Positions 59,501-64,000 of a DNA stretch of 64,000 nt are shown piece after piece. The stretch is from an uncultured Lentisphaerales bacterium (GTDB taxonomy: Bacteria; Verrucomicrobiota; Lentisphaeria; JABSQK01; UBA12247): NCBI GenBank assembly GCA_943788985.1, contig CALSSJ010000010.1, forward strand, positions 224,001 to 288,000, in the 5' to 3' direction. A program made the position numbers and the translations under genes. Each line of letters opens with the position of its first letter. The first letter of the stretch is position 1. The notes under the pieces were generated by a model, which was not told the DNA's origin, did not search any database, and saw only the letters and a list, made by a program, of their open reading frames with translations.

Positions 59501-62500
59501 CCGATGGCACAATCGCGACCGCTACTGGCGGCACAACAGGCCTGATCCGCGGTGCAGATCTCACCCTGACCACGAATGTCCCGGACGCGCTGGATGGCAG
59601 CATCGAAGTAGCAACTGAGATCACTGGTTCGACGATTATTGCCACTACTGGCGCAACCGGAGGGACCACCGGTGACGTGGACCACATCACAATCGCCAAC
59701 TCCAGCACCAATGACACAACTATCGTTGCCGATGCCTTTGGCGAACGCGCAAACATCACGCTCTCGCAGACTAACGGTGGGCTGGTTGTGGAACGTGCCA
59801 CGACCGCCAACGGTGCCATCGGGATCACTGGCATTGATGCGAACATCTTGGCTGATGAAATTACTGCCGGTGGCGCTACTAGTATTTCATTGGTCACTCA
59901 AAACAGCGGTGACATTGCACTTGGGGCAGTGGGCGTTGCAGGCGGTACCGTAATACTAAATGCAGTAGGTAGCGTATCGGACGCAGGCGCGGGCACGAAT
60001 ATCACGGCAGAGACATTGACCATCGCTGGTGCAGTGAATGTTGGTTCTGAGGACGACGTGATCAGCACAGCAGTGGACTCCGTGCAAACCACTACTGCTG
60101 TTACTGGCGACCTGCACATTACTGATGCAGACGCGCTCATCATTGCCGATGTAGAAGCAGCCGGAAACATTGGAATTAGTGCTCAGGGTACCGTTGGCGT
60201 AACTGCAGCAGTCACCAGTACTGGCGGAAATGTGGCGATTGCCGGAACTGCCCCTGCCTCTGACCTTCTGGTCGAGGGCGCAGTGACCGCAAGCCTTGGC
60301 AACATCACCGTTTCTGCTGTTGATGAGTTGACCATTGATGATGGTGGTAGCCTCAGCACTAATCTCGGTACAGTCGACCTCAATAGCGGTTCTGACATGA
60401 CGCTGACCGCCGCCGGCAGTAACGTTGTTGCCACGAATGGTGACATCAACTTCACGGTCGGCGGAGACTTCCTTACCGAACTCGGTTCCAATGGCTTGGT
60501 TACCCAGAACGGCAGGAGCACAATCAATGGTACCGTTGCCGGCAATATGGACCTAGCACCGAGCGCCATCGCCGCTGGCGCTGGCACCGTTCGCTTGGAC
60601 GTCCTGGGCAATATCAGCGGTGACAACCTCCCAGGCACCAACGAGATTGATGGCGGCGTGCTGATCGTTGAGCAAGTCGAGCACTTGGACGGCATCAAGA
60701 CTGGTGTCAGTGAACTGACAGTTAAGCAAGCCGACCTGATTAACATCCAAGTTGCCTCGATTGCTATTCCATTGCTGAACGCAACTGATGATATTACGAT
60801 CGTCACTACTGGAAACGAAGTCTCGCTTGGAACAGTGACAACAAATGCCACTCTTTCTATTCGCGACAACGGCGTATTCGATGCAGACATTGGCAGTATC
60901 GACGGTGCCCAGAATACGACCATCCAGGCGCGTACTCTCCAGATTTCCGATGTCGGTCAGGTCGACCTCGAAGCAAATGTCGATATCGCAATTTTTGATA
61001 ACGTGACCGAAAGCCCGACTACTGTCGGTGGCGGCGGAATTCCTGGCGTAATTTTCCGCAACGAAGGCGACCTGACCTTGACGCTACGAGACATCGCCAG
61101 CGACAATGGCGCGCTGGTCGAGAATGTTGGGCAACTCACCCTGCTGTCGGCATCAGGTACAATCGACCTGCCAGACGTCGAGCTACGTTCGACCGACAGC
61201 ATTGCCATTAACGGCGATCAGACCTTTCAAGCCGGCGAGGTGTTTACGGTCGTATCCGATACGGGTGACATCACTGCATCCGGTGGGACCATCACGGTTG
61301 GCGCTGCTGCTGCAACTGCCACCAATCTGATCGACTTCACGGCTGGTGCTGATGCAGACCTGAGCAGCGTGCTAAGTTCCACCAACGGCGGGATCAGCGC
61401 AGCCGCCGGTAACAGCATCAGGCTGAATTCTGACATCACGACCTCCGCTGGCACCGAGACAGTTACGCTCGCAGCCGGGGGCCAGATCGTAGACGATGCG
61501 AACAACGCGACCGACATTTCCACAGGCACCCTGAGCATCCTTGACGCGAATGGCATTGGTACGCTGGCAGCCCCAGTCAACACCGACATTACCACGCTTT
61601 CAATCACGGACGCCGCGGGCAATGCTGCGGTTACCGGTGATACGCACATTCGCCAGATTCGTGACATCACGCTGGCTCCAGTCGAGACTGTCAACGGCAA
61701 CTTTAACTTGACCACCGAAGACGGCGATGCCGGAACTACTGCCAGTATCAGCGTTGAATCTTTGGACGTAGGCACTGCTGCGGTTAATCTGAATGCTGAT
61801 GGTAGCATCGCGACGATAATTGGCGGCACGACTGGCCTGATTCGCGGCTCCGATTTGACCTTGACCACTCAGGTCGAGAATGCATTGGACGGGAGCATTA
61901 CCGTGGCAACGGAAGTTACTGGCTCTACGATCATCGCCACGACAGGTGACGCTGCTGACAACAACTTTGGCCAGAACGACGACATCACGATCGCCAACTC
62001 CTCCGCAATCGATACGACGCTCGTAGCAAACGCCTACGGAGAAGGTGCGGACGTCACTGTCACTCAGACGAACGGTGGTCTGACTGTACAATCCATCAGC
62101 ACTGAGAATGGCGCGATCAGCGTGACTGGCGTCGACGCCGACTTGACCATCGATGAAGTTACCGCAGGCGGTACCAACGATGTGACTCTCGCGACGCAGA
62201 ATAGCGGAAACATTGGCCTCGGCGCAGTGACTGCTGGTGACGATAGCGTAATCATCAACACTGTGGGCGACGTGTTCGACCACGGTGCTGGGGTCAACGT
62301 CACAGCCGCCACTCTGAACATTCAAGCGGCTCGCAATGTCGGAACGTCTGTAGATGACATCACAACGGCAATTGACACGTTGACTGCCGCAGGAGTGACT
62401 GGCGCTTTGAACGTGACTGACGAAGACGCCCTGGCGATTGGGGCTCTCAGCGTGGCGGACGACATCAATATCGCTGCTGCCGGTGTGCTGACTGTGAACG

Positions 62501-64000
62501 GAAATGGCGCGATTGGTAATAGCGTAACGAGTAGCGGTGGTAGCATCTCCCTTGCGGCCACCGCACTTGGTGCAGAGGTCTCCATTCTTGATGGCGTATC
62601 TGCCATGGGTAACATTAGTATCGCTACCTTGAACGATCTGACCATTGACAACTTTGGCCAGGTCACGTCAACTGCTGGTGATATCGATCTCACCGCTGGC
62701 GCCAACATGGTTCTGACCGCAGACGGCCTCGTTAATGTCCGGACAACAATTGGCACTATCACCTTTACTTCAGGTAACGACGTCACCGTGGAACCGGGCG
62801 TGAATACTGGTTTCAGCACCACAAGCGCTGCGAGCGTAATTCGCGGTAACGTTGGCGGAAACTTGGACTTGGCCTCGGATTCAATTGCGGCTGGTGCGGG
62901 CCTCGTCCGACTTGACGTGAATGGCAACATCTTTGGCGATACCATCTACGGCACAAACGAAATCGCTGGTGGCGAGTTGATCATCGACCACGTCGATGAG
63001 GTCTCCGGGGTTAAGCTTTCAGGCGTTAGTCACGTAACGATCCTAGATGCTGACATCGTAGAGATCCAAGTTGCCAGCACGAATCTAGACTACATCAACG
63101 CGGTCGATGACATTTCGATCGACGTACGTGGAAACGAGCTTGGCATCGGCCAGTTTTATAGCAATGCTGAGGTCATCATCGTTGGTGCCGGGCAGGTCAA
63201 CGTAGGCAGTCTCGGCGGCGCGCAGAATACCACCATTCAGGCGCAATCGCTGCAGATTACCAATGTCGGCCAGATTGACCTTGAGGCCAACGTGGACGAA
63301 GCCATCTTCACCACCGTTACCGAGAGCCCCTTGGGCCCCGGTGGGACACCAATCCCCGGCGTTATTTTCCGTAACGAGGGTAACCTCACCCTGACTCTTA
63401 CAGATATCTCCAGTGACAATGGTGTCCTTGTTGAGAATGTCGGTACGCTTGAGATTCGGGAGGGAACTGGCACGCTGGGTCTCCCAGACGTCACGTTGCG
63501 TGCGACTGACTCCATCACTGTGGCCACTGATCTGACCTTTGACACTGGTGAGGCACTCGACTTTTCCTCCGTCAGCGGCGGCATCGCCGTGAATGACGGT
63601 CTTACCGTTACTACGACCGGCACCGGTACACAGACATTGAATGCGGGCGACGACATTACGTTGGAAGGCGATCTTGTCAGTGATACCGGCACGATCGGTG
63701 TGACCGCCGGATCCGGAATCTCACTGGGTGGCAATGTCACCTCCAACCAGACTGTTCAACTCAGCGCTGGAACTGGCATCAATGATGACGGCGATAGCAA
63801 CACTGACATCAGCGCTAACCTGCTGGTCATCAACGATGCCGCGCACGTAGGTACCAGCGGCATTCCTGTTGACACAGACGTCGCAACCCTCGAAATCGTC
63901 AGCGCCACGGGGACCAACAACCCAGGTGTTGCAGGCGACACTTGGGTCCTTGAAGCCGACGACATCACTCTCAGCAATATCGTTGCTGACGGTTCAGTTT
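53512..64000 (+). CDS. Giant filamentous-haemagglutinin-like (TpsA-type) exoprotein, 3' partial, more than 3,490 aa
   Basis: AAGGAG RBS; signal peptide ending ...FSVFA; TPS domain 'LPQGGSVTAG...IIDWQSFSVG...YLLNPNGVIFG'; frame stays open to the window end. Confidence 0.92.
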   Translation, partial: MNQRPIHNPRITPLHRILSAFVASLMMTFPFSVFANELPQGGSVTAGEATIGSAGSAMNINQASQRAIIDWQSFSVGQANAVFINQPSATSALLSRVNGVDPSVILGTLQANGSLYLLNPNGVIFGENATIDVGSILASTMDMTNDNFLAGRDAFEGNSDATIENRADIAAQDFVAFLAKNIVNSGRIQAPRIAMSAGVGSLELDHAYGGAITIDLQGVQGDFDNSGVIDASSLVDSYDGGAIVIQGENLSNTGSILADASGNGSNGGAIEYSAGGNAIHEGVMSASSAQGKGGAISVTGENVGVAGTVAADGLADPQGGNNGGYIEFASTNNAVFAPTARVSAKGNGEIRINQPGSDVAAFEKTATILYDGASLDAGTDGFLEVSGGGLSIGQVSLTAGHILFDPTKITFSDLGGAIGDTNNGVPGGNAFSGPDFIEAFNEDVGDDVVFNINPAGSGVLSAGTIVSGATITFEATDTITVASDFDVRATTGAEDVSVILRTGSDAGDGIFVNALLTLDDTAVLELSGYEVDINDTVTAGVVNIVADTDVDSTGGSIAANTLSVLSGEDIALNTDIRDSVTLISNGVAGNNDIAITNTSTSQDATTFVARAFGANSDIAIIQAGGGDGAIIESAVTTDGTISLTGTANDLVAQQVTAGGSNNISLTTTGGGDLSVGEIAALGATVTVQADGAVFTPNSDLINVAADALVIIDADSVGSIDQALNTSVITLAGTAIDGDLHIADAGVLLTVGTVTDFGGTARAGLVTTIGDIYISGENVTVSQRLASSFGDINLDIANDLTVEAAIQTAGGNLSVDIGRHVTFEPGGSASARELVVDVGGSISADGITGTNELIGATSVDIVRADILEDVTISSPDLWIRQANTVSIQVPSPNIRQIFATGDITIAVSSDELRIGEIRTGAEVIINAQGNTDIAGIGDANTTIQAQSLQITTAGQIDIHANVNEAVFNDIRESPTNLGTPIPGVIFRNEGNLDLTFTDVQSEAGILVDNVGTLTVNASTGTIDARDIDLRATDTITLAGNHTLAAGEQFLVRSSSGDVILNDGVTITTSAAASTTDELVRLAAAGDAVLEGTFATTNHNSRITADGGIHLGGNITATAAETVILEAGAAITDDADIATQITAGTLSILDANGVGSIANPINTTVDTLSIIGAANEAVVSGETHVRQTQDITVDNVETVNGSFFLTTEDSVAGTTASVLVESIDVGNAAVGITADGSIATSTALVSGLIRGADLTLTTNVPDALEGSITVATEITGSTIVATTGAVGGTTGDVDNITISNSSTSDTTIIAEAFGERANITLSQTNGGLIVERATTANGTIGITGIDANILADEVTAGGATSISLTTQNSGDIALGAVSVAGGEVELTAVGSVTDAGAATNVTAETLTIAGAVNVGAEDDVISTAVDSVRTTTTITGDLHIADADALTISAVSAAGNIGISAQGTVGVTAAVTSTAGNIAIAGTSPGADVLVEGVVTSNLGNITVMSANNLTVDDGGRLATNIGRIEISSGADMTLTGAGTNVVATNGDIDFTVGGEFLTEIGTVGLSTTSSRSTITGTVNGSMDLAAGAIGAGAGTVRLDVLGNITGDDIAGTNEIDGGVLIIDHVEHLDGIKTGVAELTVKNSDLINIQVASIAIPLLNATDDITIVTTGNEVELGNVTTNATLSISDSGVPDADIVSIGGAQNSTVQARTLEIFNVGQVDVEANVNVATFSNITESPTTLGGAAIPGVLFRNEGNLTLTLRDIASDNGVLVENVGQLTLNSLGGTIDLPDVDLRATGDVTVNGDHTLQVGETLSLTSHTGDVTLTGGTITVSSAAVTTSNLLDISAGANATLGSVLNSTNANVSITAGDGIALNSDITTTAGTETVTLSAGDRISDDGNSATDVSAGTLSILAADGIGTAAAAVNTDVTTLSIIDGASNAVVTGDTYVRQVRDIVVENVETVNGNFNLTTEDSVAGTTASITVKSLDVGTAAVSLTADGTIATATGGTTGLIRGADLTLTTNVPDALDGSIEVATEITGSTIIATTGATGGTTGDVDHITIANSSTNDTTIVADAFGERANITLSQTNGGLVVERATTANGAIGITGIDANILADEITAGGATSISLVTQNSGDIALGAVGVAGGTVILNAVGSVSDAGAGTNITAETLTIAGAVNVGSEDDVISTAVDSVQTTTAVTGDLHITDADALIIADVEAAGNIGISAQGTVGVTAAVTSTGGNVAIAGTAPASDLLVEGAVTASLGNITVSAVDELTIDDGGSLSTNLGTVDLNSGSDMTLTAAGSNVVATNGDINFTVGGDFLTELGSNGLVTQNGRSTINGTVAGNMDLAPSAIAAGAGTVRLDVLGNISGDNLPGTNEIDGGVLIVEQVEHLDGIKTGVSELTVKQADLINIQVASIAIPLLNATDDITIVTTGNEVSLGTVTTNATLSIRDNGVFDADIGSIDGAQNTTIQARTLQISDVGQVDLEANVDIAIFDNVTESPTTVGGGGIPGVIFRNEGDLTLTLRDIASDNGALVENVGQLTLLSASGTIDLPDVELRSTDSIAINGDQTFQAGEVFTVVSDTGDITASGGTITVGAAAATATNLIDFTAGADADLSSVLSSTNGGISAAAGNSIRLNSDITTSAGTETVTLAAGGQIVDDANNATDISTGTLSILDANGIGTLAAPVNTDITTLSITDAAGNAAVTGDTHIRQIRDITLAPVETVNGNFNLTTEDGDAGTTASISVESLDVGTAAVNLNADGSIATIIGGTTGLIRGSDLTLTTQVENALDGSITVATEVTGSTIIATTGDAADNNFGQNDDITIANSSAIDTTLVANAYGEGADVTVTQTNGGLTVQSISTENGAISVTGVDADLTIDEVTAGGTNDVTLATQNSGNIGLGAVTAGDDSVIINTVGDVFDHGAGVNVTAATLNIQAARNVGTSVDDITTAIDTLTAAGVTGALNVTDEDALAIGALSVADDINIAAAGVLTVNGNGAIGNSVTSSGGSISLAATALGAEVSILDGVSAMGNISIATLNDLTIDNFGQVTSTAGDIDLTAGANMVLTADGLVNVRTTIGTITFTSGNDVTVEPGVNTGFSTTSAASVIRGNVGGNLDLASDSIAAGAGLVRLDVNGNIFGDTIYGTNEIAGGELIIDHVDEVSGVKLSGVSHVTILDADIVEIQVASTNLDYINAVDDISIDVRGNELGIGQFYSNAEVIIVGAGQVNVGSLGGAQNTTIQAQSLQITNVGQIDLEANVDEAIFTTVTESPLGPGGTPIPGVIFRNEGNLTLTLTDISSDNGVLVENVGTLEIREGTGTLGLPDVTLRATDSITVATDLTFDTGEALDFSSVSGGIAVNDGLTVTTTGTGTQTLNAGDDITLEGDLVSDTGTIGVTAGSGISLGGNVTSNQTVQLSAGTGINDDGDSNTDISANLLVINDAAHVGTSGIPVDTDVATLEIVSATGTNNPGVAGDTWVLEADDITLSNIVADGSV
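55100..64000 (+). repeat. Array of ~2.3-kb (~765-aa) diverged repeats in the adhesin gene (left edge approximate)
   Basis: The (I/L) codon of 'PGV(I/L)FRNEG' recurs at 56461, 58756, 61051 and 63364 (spacings 2295, 2295, 2313 bp). Confidence 0.9.

Noticed and set aside
53762..63977. Many long minus-strand ORFs (for example 56832-58811, 659 aa)
   Set aside because: Antisense shadows of the codon-biased adhesin frame; they have no independent motifs.

Overview
A 64 kb, moderately GC-rich bacterial chromosome segment. A PVC-superphylum origin (possibly Lentisphaerota) is inferred from the RNase HIII, the CT398-like C4 zinc-ribbon protein, PQQ-propeller and TPR-peptidase genes, and a prepilin lacking the usual -1 Gly. 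Housekeeping genes: lptD, gyrB-gyrA, rnhC, truA, ssrA (tmRNA), rpsO, tRNA-Met, fabI and a long-form ilvC, plus an RND efflux operon. Accessory content includes five notable items. (1) An 8-gene nucleotide-sugar operon (TPP E1-alpha/beta pair, ColD-type His-PLP enzyme, B12 radical SAM, GT2, HddC/HddA-like, SDR) converging on a polytopic membrane protein. (2) A decayed IS91-family element with an ori-like end and a 96-bp tandem duplication. (3) A tandem active/inactive FabH-like fusion. (4) A candidate ~54-nt sigma54-driven small RNA, defined by a correctly spaced -24/-12 promoter directly followed by an intrinsic terminator. (5) A filamentous-haemagglutinin-like gene of more than 3,490 aa, missing from the ORF track because it runs off the window and built from ~765-aa repeats. 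Several genes carry single-base insertions in short runs (probably read or assembly errors), while others look truly decayed. All calls rest on motif recognition by eye; no searches were run.
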